Notes: generated by a model not told the origin, from the letters alone. Counted from the first letter of the stretch, positions 51,950-64,000 are shown. The stretch is 64,000 nt of DNA from the human T2T-CHM13v2.0 reference genome, Homo sapiens (GCF_009914755.1 NC_060925.1); one strand, 5' to 3'. A program made the numbers and translations.

Positions 51950-53268
51950 GCTCATTTCTGATGGTTAAGTGCCGTCTGCTGTTGGGATCTTATCTTTCCC
52001 CACAGCTGCCAGGGAACACTGTTCTAGAACAGTCTCCTAACACCAGCTCTCGCTCACAGAGCTAAGCCACCACTAAGCTTCTCAGTGTTGCTGGTGCCCC
52101 TATTACCAGAACTTTCCAGGGCCCCTGAGGAACAGAACCCACTAGCTTTCTGGTTTGCATAATATAACTTTTCTCTCATGCCTGTGCCTCTGAGCCTCCT
52201 GACCCCTTCCTCCACAGTCGGCCAAAGCGATTCTGGCATTGTCACTTCATTTAATGTTGGGCCTGGCTTTTTCCAAGATTCTGAGAGCTATTCCAGCGGC
52301 ATTCTAAGCCCATCTGCAGGCCCTTCCTGGGGGGCTCAATCCAGGTCACAGGACAGCCCCCATGTCTGTGCATCCCCTAGGCCAGCTTCATATTCATCCA
52401 CCTTCATCCCACACCCCAGGATCCACTGCCGACCTGCTTTCCTGGTTCCCACTGGTCCACGTGGCCAGCTCCTGCAGCTGCTTGGATATACACTCTGTCT
52501 CTTCCTCGGGAATACCTGATACTTTGGCAGTTGGTTTATGATTAGATTGGAGCCTAGTTATGAGTCTGGTGGTGAAAAGGGGACATCGGGGCAGATGTTG
52601 AAAAAGCATTATTTTGTAAGGCCCCCTCCTAATCTGAGGCCTCTGTATAGTCTTCTAGCAAGGAGGCTCTTATCTTCCAACAAGGGGGGAGTGTGCCACT
52701 TCTGCAGGTCTAGAGGGTCCAGGGGAATCTGGACTCTCATGTCCACCCATCCAGATGGACTTGAAAAAAGTTTCAGGGTCATATTCTTTTCCTATAGAGC
52801 CCTGACTTTGGCACAGGAGACTCGCCAAGCAGATAATTCTCCCTTCTTCGGAGCTCTGGCACTGCTACCCTGTGGTCCTGTGTCTGGTCTGTGGCTATAG
52901 GAGATGGATGTCTCTCTTCTGCTGCCAAGTAGGCTCTCTGATGAACATTTCGCTTCAAACTGCTGATTAAGAGATCTGAGTCTATAATTTTCAGTCCTCA
53001 ATGTGTCAGTGACACTTAACAATGGACCCCAATGCCAATTTCTCTATAATTGCCTTCTCCCAGTACTTTCTAGTGCTGGAGAACTTGCACCAGCCAGAGC
53101 ACATGCCTCCGCCCCCGTGTGCCTTCCCCATTCACTGTGGGTGACTGTCTGAACCATTACACTGCTATCTTGCATCAGGGACTACCACAACCTCCTATAG
53201 CTGGTGACGGCAGATCCATTTCTACAATTCCATCTGAGAGTCTGCCTCCCAGGGCCATTCCCATTATC
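51950..53268 (-). mobile_element. ERVL-class internal region (ERV3-16A3_I/HERV16-like), gag remnant
   Basis: Minus ORF 52792-53022 (MLSVTDTLRTENYRLRSLNQQFEAK) resembles the N-terminal coiled-coil of ERVL gag. The minus strand at ~53200-53265 reads ggaatggccctgggaggcagactctcagatggaattg, like the LTR16-associated internal leader. Confidence 0.65.
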
Positions 53269-53467
53269 AGTTAGCATAGGTTGGGCTTCCCAGAGCAAAG
53301 TCTGATAAGGATCCTTATCTGGGAGGAGGGGAGAAAGGGTAGCAGGACGGGACAGGGAATGACCTGAGCAAAGATGTGGTTTCCAGCTCCCAGAGAGCAG
53401 GCTTTGGGAGGCCACCTGCTGATGATCAGAACAGCCCCAAGGACTTTGGGATCTTGGTCTGGGAAGG
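53269..53467 (-). mobile_element. LTR16-like ERVL LTR (5' LTR of the adjacent internal region)
   Basis: ggttgggcttcccagagcaaagtctgataaggat resembles the antisense LTR16 end. Confidence 0.6.
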
Positions 53468-53830
53468 TGTAATAGTCAGGGCTCTCCAGAGGGACACAGA
53501 AAACAGGATGTGTGCATATAGATATAAAAGAGGTCTATTCTAAGGAACAGGCTCACACAATTATGGAGGTTGGTGAGGCTAAAATCTGCAGTGTGGATTT
53601 TCAGGCAGAGAGACCAGGAAAGCCAGTGGTATGGAGGTCTGAAGGCGGGCTACAGGAGAAGATTCCTCTTGCTCGGGGGTGCCTGTCTTCTGTTCTATTC
53701 AGGTCTTCAACTGATTGGATGAGACCCACCATATTATGGAGGGTGATCTGCTTACTTAAAGTTCACGGATTTAAATGTTAATCTCATCCAAAAACACCCT
53801 TCAAACTGACACATAAAATTAACCACAACA
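53468..53830 (-). mobile_element. MLT2 ERVL solo LTR
   Basis: tgtaatagtcagggctctccagagggacacag...caactgattggatgagacccacc...tgacacataaaattaaccacaaca. TSD gaagg/gcagg. Confidence 0.9.
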
Positions 53831-54289
53831 GCAGGATATGCAGGGCTGAGCCTTAAAAGCAGGGGAGGGAAACATCAGCCCAGGGCAGGGGGTAGAGAGA
53901 TGCCCAGGTGGGCCTGGCACCTGGCAGTGGAATGGGCAAGGTAGGGGGCCACTGTTCATGCAGAGAGGCTGGCTGCCAGGCTGGCAGGTGATATCAGGCA
54001 GACCTCTGAGCAGGCTCTGGGCTCCAGATGGAGGCCTAGGGGGAAGGGGAACTGGGGTTATGGGGACCAAGAGAGGCCTCGGACACTCTTGGTCAGGAGG
54101 GATCACATGAACTCAGGAGAGGACAAATACTGAGTGCCTGGAGCGGGAGCAAGGTCGCAGGGAGACACAGACCCACAGCCACATCTGGTTCACTCCTGGC
54201 TCCTCTGAGGGTGTCCTGGGGCAGCAAAGCCAGTCCTAGTTACCGGGTGTTCATCCACTCTGGGCCAAGCCCTGTGTTGGGAGAGGCGG

Positions 54290-54500
54290 CCTCGTGCAGT
54301 GGGCTCAGCACAGGATGTGGGCTCCAACACGGCTGGGTTCAAATTGTGGCTCTGCACTTAACTAGTCAAGGGGCTTTGGGAAGTCGCTTCGCCTGTTCCA
54401 TTTCAGTTTCCCACCTGACAAATGGAGTTCACTGTGCCTGACACACGGGGTTTTCGTGGTGATGAAATCAAACACCATCTGTAAAGTTTCTGCTTCAGAG
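54290..54500 (+). mobile_element. MIR SINE
   Basis: gctgggttcaaattgtggctctgcacttaactag...tcagtttcccacctgacaaatggag. Confidence 0.7.
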
Positions 54501-54519
54501 ATAATCATTATGAATTATG

Positions 54520-54780
54520 GTATTTGTCAGGAACCTTTGGGTTACGAGTGGAAGAAGCCAAAACTGGCTTAAGATAAAAACAGGCAAGAAAACAAAGAAG
54601 AATTCACTGGCTCACATAACTAAAAAACTAGGTCAGGACTGGCTGGATCCAGGTTCCCAAATCTTGTCTGCAGGAGTATCCTGCTGCCCTCTTTGGGCTC
54701 AACTTTCTCTAACAGGCTTTTCCCGAGCAGTGATGAGATGTTCCCCAACTCCAGGCTTACACCCTATCAGTAGCAATCAA
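54520..54780 (-). mobile_element. LTR33-like fragment
   Basis: gtatttgtcaggaacctttgggttacgagtggaagaagccaaaactggcttaag...ggctcacataact...ggctggatccagg. Confidence 0.65.
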
Positions 54781-54784
54781 GCAC

Positions 54785-55990
54785 AGAGAGATGCCATCAA
54801 ATTCACCCATGTTAAGAGTACATTTCAGTGATTTTTAGTAAATTTACAGAATGGACAACCATCACTACAATCAGTTTTAGAATATTTCAATCCCTCCAAA
54901 GAGATGTCTTGTGCCTATTTGGGGTCACTCCCTCTTTCCACCCCCATCTCCAGGTAGCCACTAAGCTACTTTCTGTCTCTATAGATTGGCCTTTTCTGGT
55001 CATTTCATATTTGGAATGATGTAATATGCGAGGTTTCCTGTCTGGTTTTCTAAAAACCTAGCATAGTGTTTTTAAGGTTCATCCATGTTGCAGCATGTAT
55101 TAGTACTGTGTTCATTTTTATGGCTGTTCGACAGTCCATTGGATGGATATACCATATTCTACACATTCATTCATCAGTCAATGGACTCTTGGTTGTTTTC
55201 AGTTTTGAGCTATTATGAATAATGCTGCTATCAACCTTCATACACAAGTTTTTGTGTGGACATATGTTTTCATTTCTCTTGAGTATATAGTTAGGAGTAA
55301 AATTGTTGGGCTGTAGGGTAAGTTTATGTTTATGTTTAATAATTTAAGAATTTGCCAAACTGTTTTCTGAAGTGGCTGTGCCATTTTATATTCCCACAAG
55401 GAATGTATGAGGTCTTAAGTTTCTCCACATCCTCACATCCTTGCTAACGCTCGCTATTGACTGTTGTTTTGGTTATAGCCATTGTAATGGGTGCAAAGAA
55501 GTGTCTCATTGTGATTTGAACTTCTGTTTCCCCGATGACTAAGAATGTTGAGCATCTTTTCATGTGCTTACTGGCCATTTGACCAACATCTTCTTTAATA
55601 TCTTTGTCCTATATCTTCTTTGGTGAACTGTCTATTCAAATCTTTTGCCCATTTTAAATTGGGGTACATGTTTTCTTATTATTGAATTGTAAGAGTTCTT
55701 TGTATAGTCTGGTACAAGTCCCTTATGAGATATATGATTTACAAACATTGTCTCTCAGTCTGTGGGTCATCTTTTGAGTTTCTTAATGGTATCTTTTGGA
55801 GCCCAAAAGTTTTAAATTTTGATGAAATTGAAGTTTTTTTAAATAAATCATGCTTTTGGTGTCATATTTGTAAAATATTTACCAAACCCAAGGTCACATA
55901 AAAGCTTTATAGTTTTAGCTCTTCTATTTAGGCCTATGATCCATTTTGAGTTAATTGTTGTGCACGGTGTGAGATAGGGGTCTCCTGAAC
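54785..55990 (-). mobile_element. Old L1 (L1MB/MC-like) 3' end
   Basis: aaattcacccatgttaag...ttcatccatgttgcagcatgt...gttgagcatcttttcatgtgcttactggccattt...ctatgatccattttgagttaat. Minus ORF fragment [19 protein letters not shown] is L1 ORF2. Confidence 0.9.
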
Positions 55991-56044
55991 CCACCAGATC
56001 AAACTTTCTCCTCTGCCTTTCCATTAAAACTGTTCTTCCTTGGT

Positions 56045-56645
56045 GTATTAGTTTTTCATTGCTGAAAAAAAAAATAACACAAATGAAGTGTCTTACTACA
56101 ACACACATTTATCATCTCCCAGTTTCCATGGGTCAGGAGTCTGGCATAGGGTGCTGGGTCCTCTGAGGTCTCAGAAGGCTGCATTCTCATCAGAGGCTTG
56201 AATGAGGAAGTTCTGCTTTCAAGCACCTTCAGTTTGTTGGCAGAATTCACCTCCTTGCAGCCGCATAACTGAGGTCCATGTTTTCTTGCTGGCCACCCAT
56301 CAGCGGCTGCTCTCAGTTTGTCGGCAGCTGCTTGCCATGTGGCCCTCTGAACCAGGCTCTCATGAAACAGCAGCTTCCTGGTAGCCAACAAAGGAGAGAG
56401 TCTCATGTGTGCTTCCATGATGGCTATGTCTTTTTACATACAGATACATAGATACATATGTAGATCTACATGTGTGCATGCATACATGTTATGTGATACA
56501 CATATAACACATAACACATACATATCTCATAAGCCAGTCATGGCAGTGACATCCCATCACCTTTGCCATATTTTGTTCAGAAGATCAAGTCCCAGGTCCC
56601 GCTGGTGCTCAGCGGGAGGGGATTATACAAGGCATGAGCATCGCT
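56045..56645 (-). mobile_element. MLT1 (E/F-like) MaLR LTR with internal (CA/TA)-rich patch
   Basis: tgtattagttttt...acacacatttatcatctcccagtttccatgggtcaggagtctggcatag...gtgacatcccatcacctttgccatatt...ggattatacaaggcatgagca. Confidence 0.8.
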
Positions 56646-56674
56646 ATGCTGCTTTGATCAAAAAGGGCTGTGGT

Positions 56675-56760
56675 ATCACTCCACCACACTCCAGCCTGGG
56701 CGACAGAGCCAGACCTTGTTTCAAAACAACAACAACAACAACAACCACCACCACCACCCA
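56675..56760 (+). mobile_element. Alu 3' fragment with (CAA)n(CAC)n tail
   Basis: ccacactccagcctgggcgacagagccagaccttgtttcaaaacaacaac... Confidence 0.85.
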
Positions 56761-56864
56761 GCTGTGAGAAGGATTACCAAGAACCCTTACCGATGAAAAA
56801 CAACACAGTGTGTAAGGAAATGAGGGAAGGAACCACGATTCACTAGATGCCAGAGCAGGCAGCT

Positions 56865-57510
56865 GGGCCTCAGCGCTGACCTCTCCCCTCCCCCTCCGCT
56901 GTGTCCATCGCAGTCCGCCGGCCCCCTCCCAGCGTCTCTCGACCCCTTCCCCCCTTCCCTGTACTCCAGCCGCGGCTGATTCCTGCTGTCTGGGTGGGGT
57001 CCCTGTAAGGCTCAGGCGGCTGACTGGGGAGGCGATCCCAGGAGGCACAGTGGGGAGGGGATAGCAGGGCGGAAAGAGGCTGAATCACAAGGAGGCGGGG
57101 GCGGCGGCTCGGTCCCAGGGCCATCTCAGGGACCGTGTCGGGGGGTGCTGACTCTGCCCATCAAGGGGAGCCGAACATTTATCCGCCGAAGCCCGTCCCT
57201 CGCGGTGAGGGGCGCTCCTGGGTGTGGGACCCCTGGCTTCCCGCGCTGCCCTGCCCGAGGCTGGTCTCGTCCCAGGACCCTGGAGAGCGGCCCCAGGAGG
57301 CGTGGAGGAGGGGAGAGAGCCGAGGGAAGTGGTCATGGAGCAGGTGAACGCACAGGGGCTTCGGCTGGAGCGCCCTCCTGGGAAGAGCCCCTCCTCTGCA
57401 AGGACCTGCCGCAGCTTAACCAGCCTGCGCTGCTGTCGCCAGCGCCAGTTTTAAATAGCCAAACCCTACTCACTTCATCCAGCAACGCACCCCCAACTTC
57501 ACGCTAAATG
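56865..57510. promoter_or_regulatory. CpG-island-like region (candidate promoter/enhancer)
   Basis: About 40 CpGs in ~640 bp by manual count, very GC-rich and non-repetitive. GC boxes GGGCGG at ~57067 and ~57099. Confidence 0.7.
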
Positions 57511-57779
57511 CATAATTTGCTGCAAATTAAACTTAATGGGACTAGAGTAATTATGTTGACTTTTTCAAGTAGTTAGAGATAAATACATGATTAGATATTT
57601 CAGAATATAAACTTTTTCATTGTTTTCCCCAAGGGAGCCAGGGGAAGGAGGCGGAGGCCTGAGTTAGAGAAGACGCTGAAAAAGTGGGAGGGAGGACTCA
57701 GAAACCCGTTTGAAGAGGCTCTTAGACCCCACCGCCGGTGGAATCCAGGCCAGCCACCTGGAAGGGCCACTTGGGCAAA

Positions 57780-58260
57780 ATATAGGCAAAGCTTTAAAAA
57801 TACCCATACCTGCTAACCTGAGAAGACCACAGATCTATCCCAAGGAATAATCAGAGATGGAGACCAAAATCTATGGGTAGGGCCGGCCATCCCAGTATAA
57901 TTTATAACGGTCAAACTTACATGGGAGCCATCAAAATGCCTAACAACCTGAGGATTAGCTACCTCAGTTACAGAACAACCATAAGGTGGAAAGTCGTGCA
58001 GCCATTAGAAAGGACACAGTCAGAAAGTAATTCACACTGAGAAAATACTGATAAAATAAGAGCGAGAGAAAAAAGCAACATATAGGCCTGGATATACATT
58101 CTAAATCTACCAAGAAAAAGAAATCCCAGAAGAAAGTAAGCAAAAAATACTAGCAATTATTAATCTCTGCTTGATGAGATGAAGAGGGATTTGGATTTTC
58201 TCTTCTCTTTTTTTATGTTTTAAGAAAATTCTGCAAGAAGCAGAATATTAAAGTATGTTT
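57780..58260 (+). mobile_element. Old L1ME-like 3' fragment
   Basis: aaagctttaaaaatacccatacc...ctatcccaaggaataatcagagatg...gtgcagccattagaaagga. Confidence 0.6.
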
Positions 58261-58399
58261 AACTATTTTTAAAGCAGATTAAGTACAAAGGGAACCCCCA
58301 CCCTTAGGGGACTTATTGGAGGGAGTTCTGTGGGTGGAGCGCCAATGTCAGGCTCTCTCTGCCCACATTTAAGTCTCCTAGTTGCTGGTTGTAGGAGAG

Positions 58400-58897
58400 C
58401 CTGTCGGTGGTCTGCACAGAATCTAGTCACCCCTTCTTTAGTAATAAGGGGCCAGTGCTGTTGGGGATGGCTTTGTGTCCAAAGCTTTCCTTGCAGATGG
58501 GGATGGACAATGAAATGTGAGTGGAGATGGTGGTTGCAGCTTCCGGGAAAATTCATTGATGGGAATTTATTCAATTGACAGAAGTCCCCTTTTCCTTTCC
58601 TTTCCCTCCCTTTTTCCTGCCTGGAATGCAGCTCTAGTGGGCTGAAACTCCAGTAGCCATCATGTAACCAAGAGGTAACCTTTAGGATAAAGTCATGCAC
58701 CACTGAGGATGGTGGAGCAGAAACAAAGAAGGAATCTGGGAATTTGACAGCTTTGTGTGTGTAGCTGTCACAGCAGTCCTGGGCTTCCTATATCCAGACT
58801 TAACTCATATGAGGGAAGAGTGAACCTTTAACTGGCTTAAGACCTTATTGTCTGGATTCCTGTTTCTAGCAGATGAATGCATTTCCTAAGAGATACA
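58400..58897 (+). mobile_element. MLT1K/L-like MaLR LTR
   Basis: cctgcctggaatgcag...gcaccactgaggatggtggagcagaaacaaagaaggaatctggg...ttcctaagagataca. Confidence 0.7.
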
Positions 58898-58973
58898 TTA
58901 GGCTATTCTGAAGGATGGCTGAGAAAAAGCAAAACCCCAGATAATCCACAGGGACTTTAATAAAATTGGTACA

Positions 58974-59355
<382 letters not shown>

Positions 59356-59540
59356 CTAAATAAAACATCTCTATAAAATAAGTGTTAGTTAGATGGAGCT
59401 GACCTATGTAATTAGGCTGTGTACCTATAAATGTGGATCAGTCTCACATAGCATGGTGTGTGTGGGGTGGGCTTGATTGTCAGGACAATCAAGCCAAGAT
59501 AGTTGCTGTGGATTAATTACTAGAACACAGATGCCAATAG

Positions 59541-60236
59541 TGTATTAGCTTGGGTCTAATCATGAGACACGAACCACACAGTGATTTAAATGGGGGCAAA
59601 TGTACTATAAACCTTTATTAAACTGTGATAAAACAGTAACTATAAGATAAAGGAAACTTTATATAGCACCCAAGGAAGGACAGCCTTGGAAAGGGGTTCC
59701 TTTGCCAAGGATGGTTCAGACCTTGTTGAAGAGGTGGAGTTATAGCCCACTGGATGGCAGAGACATTCAGTGGTTTGCCTGGGCCAGTGCTGGTCTGCAG
59801 TCACTGGACAAGCAGAAAACAATCCTCTAGTGTAGCAAGCTGTAGCCTGTTCCTGGGCATGTGGGTGGGCACGCAGATGGAATCTGAGTGCTGGTGTGGG
59901 TGGGGCATGGGTGTCCATGTCAAGAGGGCCACAGGAAGGTTATCACCTGGCTAGAGCAAGGCTGCAAGGTTGCAAGGGACCGCGTGTTCCCAGAGCATGG
60001 CTGGGGCAGAGCATCAGTGGATGTCCTCAGATGCGCACTGTTGACTGACTGTGAAGCACTGGAACCAGCAGGAGAAGCCCCTTCCTCCTGCAATGTTCAT
60101 TCAGAGCCCTCTACTGAAGAAGCTTAATGTGTTCACTGCACAGGAGAGGTGCTAAAAGGAATTCAGTCCACTATTACAGATCAGGCATTGAAAGCTCAGC
60201 TTGGAGCTAAGGGGCAGTACATTGATAACTGGCACA
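59541..60236 (-). mobile_element. LTR41-like ERVL solo LTR
   Basis: Minus strand starts tgtgccagttatcaatgtactgccccttagctccaa and ends ...gctaataca. TSD aatag/agtag. Confidence 0.8.
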
Positions 60237-60809
60237 AGTAGATGCACTTTGTTGAAGTGGAAAGAGAGTGAAATGATAAGTCAGGACACCTGGACTTTGC
60301 CTGTGATCTTGAGCAAGTGGTCTCTGCTTCTAGGCCTTGGTTTCCCATGTGTTAAATGGGAGGAGTTAGTTGGATAAAAAGATGTCTAAGTTTCTTTCTG
60401 ACCTATGAATCTCTGACTATAACTGGATGAGCAGGTATGGCATATGGGAGACTATGAAATGGTGGTGGAAAAAATAAAACCTCCCCCAAGCTGGCCATGG
60501 CCTCCTTGGCTCCCATGGCTACACAGAACAGGGGATGCACTGTGTCAATCACCAGCTGGGTCAGAGCTTCCCTGTCCAGAGGCTAAGTCTGGTGGTACAA
60601 GAGACTCTGATCCACTGTCTATAGCACTCTCAGAGTGAACAGAGGGGATGATGATGTCAACAGATAAAGTGAGCCAGCTCACAGAGCATTTTCTCATTAA
60701 ATCTTAGCATTTGAACAGAGGCTTAGTGATCTTCTAGTTATATTCTGTTTGGTGCTAGGATTCCTTCCACAACAACCACTGTCAATCATAAAAATAATTT
60801 CGCCATTGT

Positions 60810-60950
60810 TAACATCCTCATCACTCTTGTCTTCATCCTCATCAGTCTTCATCATCATCACCAGCGCCATTCTCATCTTCCTTCTTTTCACCATCACCAT
60901 AATTGCCATCATCATCATCATCATCACCATCATCATCTCCATCATCACTG
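60810..60950 (+). repeat. Degenerate (CAT)n microsatellite
   Basis: catcatcatcatcatcaccatcatcatctccatcatc. It abuts a MIR 3' end. Confidence 0.9.
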
Positions 60951-61165
60951 CCACTTTTTGAGCACCTTTTATGTGCCAGGTACAGTGTTGGATACTTTAC
61001 ATACTCTATTGAACAGTCCAATGTGATAGGTATTGGTTCTAATTTACAGATGAGGAAACTGAGGTCCAGAAAGTGGCCCAAGGCAGCACATATAATAGGC
61101 TGAAAAAGAAGGCTATGAATTTAGATTTGCCTGATTCTAAAAGCTCAACTCTGTCCACTACACCT
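60950..61165 (-). mobile_element. MIR SINE
   Basis: ttgagcaccttttatgtgccagg...tttacagatgaggaaactgagg...cctgattctaaaagctc. Confidence 0.85.
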
Positions 61166-61469
61166 TACAACCCTGTAAGTTAACCTCTGCAGTGCATCTC
61201 CGGTGGTGAGGAGGTTACTACCTCACCCCTTAGTCTTAGATCTGACCTTTTGTGGACTGCAGAATGGGCCCAACTTCTGGTCCACTTGACAGCCCTTCCA
61301 AAGTTGAAGATCAGCTCTTGTGTCCACTTGAGCCTCTATGTTTTTAGAACAAGTACTACATCCTTCAATAACTCCACGTGTGAGCAACCACTTCTCCCGC
61401 CCTCCTTGGCCCCCACCCTGGTGCTCCTGGATTTCTGCGATCCTTCCTCCCTGGTCTTCTTGCTTCCAT

Positions 61470-61750
61470 TTTCACCAGCAGCCTCTTTTCCACCCAGCAG
61501 CCACAGAAGTCTTTTTACAACACAGATCAGATTATGTCACTCTCCTGCTCAAAACCCTGCAATGAATTCTGTCAACACTAAAAAGAAAATTCAAACTCTG
61601 CCATGGCCTGTAGACCTGAAATGATCTTCTCCCACTAACTCCTCACATCTCATCTTCTACCCTCATCTCCAGACACGCTGGCCTCTCCCCTGTCCTTGAG
61701 CATATCGTGCTCATTCCGACCTCAGGGTGTTTGCACCTGCTGCTCCCAAC
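61470..61750 (+). mobile_element. L2 fragment
   Basis: cagcagccacagaagtcttttt...gatcagattatgtcactctcctgctcaaaacc...cctcagggtgtttgcacctgctg. Confidence 0.75.
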
Positions 61751-62823
61751 TGAGCATCTTTTGACAACTATCAGCAAGCTTCACTCCTCCACGGGGAGGC
61801 AGGCTCCTTGGGTTTGCAGATGACAGGCTCTTGGAAGAAAAACAAGTGTTTTGGACCAGGGCAAGATAGAAAATCCCCAGAGGCCAGAGTTCCAGACTGA
61901 GACTCGCACGATGGGATTTAAAATGCAACCCTGAATTAAACATGCAGTGCAAAATAAATCAACAGTTCAGGTACAGAGGAGGGAGCCAGGCCTTGAGAGG
62001 GGCTGACAGGGAGCTCAGTGTGAGCCCACGGAGCTGCATGTGTCTCTCACATCACATGTCCCTGGGTTGCTCTCCCCATTCCCAGCCATCCCATTCCCAG
62101 CCAAGGCTCTTCCTGTAGGATGGAGGGGCTCCAAACCTGGCTAGCTTAATAACAACAGCAACAACAATGATAGGAACAGCCACCCGTTCCCAAGTGCATC
62201 CTGCTCACAATCTCTCTCCCTGCAAATTTGCACGGTGAATATTATTGATACCATTTTACACAAGAGAAAACTGAAACTCAGAAAAGCTAAGGAATAGAGA
62301 GCTAGTAAGTGGCAGAGCTGAGAATTTACACCTCATCCTCACTCCAAAGCTCAAACACTTCCATGCCCATCCTGGTGTTTTTCAGACCATGTAAATAGTG
62401 CTATGGAGTCTAGAAAAAGGTAGGTGAGAGTCCTGTTCAACTGGGAGGCCCAAATCCTTGTGCCATCTGAGAATCAGACCTCAAGAGAGTCATGAATAAG
62501 CTAAACCTTGCCTAAAGGCAGGGTCTCCAGCCTGAGAAGAGCATGGGTGAGATCACATTGTTTAATTAATTCACAAAGTACCTATTAGTATCCTGTTAAG
62601 TATTAAGCCACCTTCGAAGCCTCCCCATGGAGTAGCCTCTAATGATGCTGTGGTCTCTCCTTCCCCTGGTGGGCTGGGGCTTCTTGGGGGCACTGTCGCT
62701 GCTGCTCCTTCTCTAAACACTTTCCCAGAATGCCCAGAGCCCTGTTCAGAGGTGCACATCAGAATCATTGGCTGGTAGGAAGAGATGACATCAATCTCTA
62801 GAAGGTCGTACTGTTTCATCAAC

Positions 62824-63010
62824 TTTTATTTTTTTGAGACAGGGTCTCACTTTGTCACCCAGGCTGGAGTGCAGTGGCATGATCTCGGCTCACTGCAGCC
62901 TCAGCCTCCCAGTTTCAAGTGATCCCCCAAGTAGCTGGGACTATAGGTGCGAGCCACCACGCCCAGCTAATTTTTTTGTAGAGATGGGGTTTCACCATGT
63001 TGCCCAGGCT
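62824..63010 (-). mobile_element. 5'-truncated AluJ
   Basis: Antisense right arm plus part of the left arm. Flanking tcatcaacttt / tcataaacttt TSD. Confidence 0.9.
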
Positions 63011-63599
63011 CTTGGCTCATAAACTTTAAATTCAGATGAAAGGATGTTGGCTCCTGAGGTCATTAGCATAGGTGGTATCTTCTGAAGAATCAGTGGAGAA
63101 ACTGAGGGACAGAGCGTCTACCAGTGTGCAAATAGAATGAGTGCCTCATAGAGCCAGCTGTCATAGAAAGAAATTGACACTCAGAAATAGGAAGTCTCTT
63201 GCCCAAAGTCACACAGCATGTTTGTGACAGAGCCAGGAGTGACCTGGGTTCCTACCAGTTAGCCTGCTCCTCCTCCCTCTCTACCCCATGAGGAGGCTGG
63301 GGCTGGGAATAGGCTGGGCTGGGGCAGCAGGACAGTCATCCCTAGCAGGGCTGTGTCTTCTCTGCCCCTGTCTCTGCCCTGTGTTTGTAAACTGAGCTGT
63401 TTCAGCATGCCTGGCACCATGTAAGGCACTTAATCACTATCCCATCTCATCCAAAGAGGATGGTCCTCGGTTTACAGAGGAACAAATTGAGGCCTGGAGA
63501 GGGCATCTGATGCCCAGGGTCTCGCAGCTGGCAGGTAGGAGACCTTCCCCCATCTAGGACTTTCTGAAGGCTAACGATCGAACCACTTCTCTTGCCCAC

Positions 63600-63780
63600 T
63601 GGCTCTTCATGGTGCTGCCCAGCTCCCGATAGTCCACCCCATTCTTATCTGTTTATTGCCTTTCCCATGTAAGCTCTGGAAAAGCAGAGGTTTCTGAACA
63701 TCTTGTCCACTTCAGCATCCCCAGGACCTAGCAAATGGCAGGGGCCCAATAAATATACTTAAATTAATGAATGAATCTCT
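63600..63780 (+). mobile_element. L2 3' end
   Basis: gtttattgcctttcccatgtaagctctgg...catccccaggacctagca...caataaatatac...aatgaatgaat. Confidence 0.7.
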
Positions 63781-64000
63781 TGGGTTCCTTCCACGTTCAA
63801 TTCCATGACCAAGAGGATCTGACATCCCAACCCAAGCTCCAGGCTGTGACAGGCCCTGACCCTGCTCTCTGCTCCCAACCTCATCCTGCCAGGCAAGCTG
63901 GCACCCGACCTTCTCCCATTAGAGCTCCAGCCACCAAGCTCCCCTGGTGACCTGCCATGCCCTACCCTGTGTCATGTCCCCCCTCCTCCCCTGAGCTCTT

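Noticed and set aside
60697-61103. Poly-M, poly-I, poly-D and poly-S ORFs
   Set aside because: Translations of the (CAT)n microsatellite.
62571-62822. 83-aa minus ORF considered as a processed pseudogene fragment
   Set aside because: No recognisable protein similarity, poly(A) tail or TSD.

Overview
Primate (Alu-bearing, human-like) nuclear DNA. It is moderately GC-rich and looks like intergenic or deep-intronic sequence. I find no supportable host protein-coding exon, RNA gene, CRISPR array or prokaryotic-type system. The only ORFs with recognisable protein motifs are dead fragments of L1 ORF2, the MaLR internal ORF and an ERVL gag. Much of the window is fossil transposons: 10 near-full or truncated Alus plus a monomer and a fragment, several old L1/HAL1 pieces, many L2/MIR, MaLR LTRs (MST, MLT1), ERVL LTRs (MLT2, LTR16+internal, LTR33, LTR41, LTR47) and hAT MITEs (MER1A, MER94, MER102-like). 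Four things stand out. (1) A multiply nested stack at 13.5-17.4 kb, with a complete LTR-int-LTR MST provirus inside an MLT1F. (2) An apparently gene-less CpG-rich island at ~56.9-57.5 kb abutting a POU/homeodomain-motif-rich palindromic element. (3) A series of short, repeat-free, AT-rich islands dense in homeodomain/POU/PBX/SOX motifs, resembling enhancers of a developmental-gene regulatory landscape. (4) TE-borne CTCF-like motifs. Repeat subfamily names come from recalled consensus sequences and boundaries are approximate. I cannot identify the locus, and I do not see evidence for a novel biological system beyond these candidate regulatory elements.
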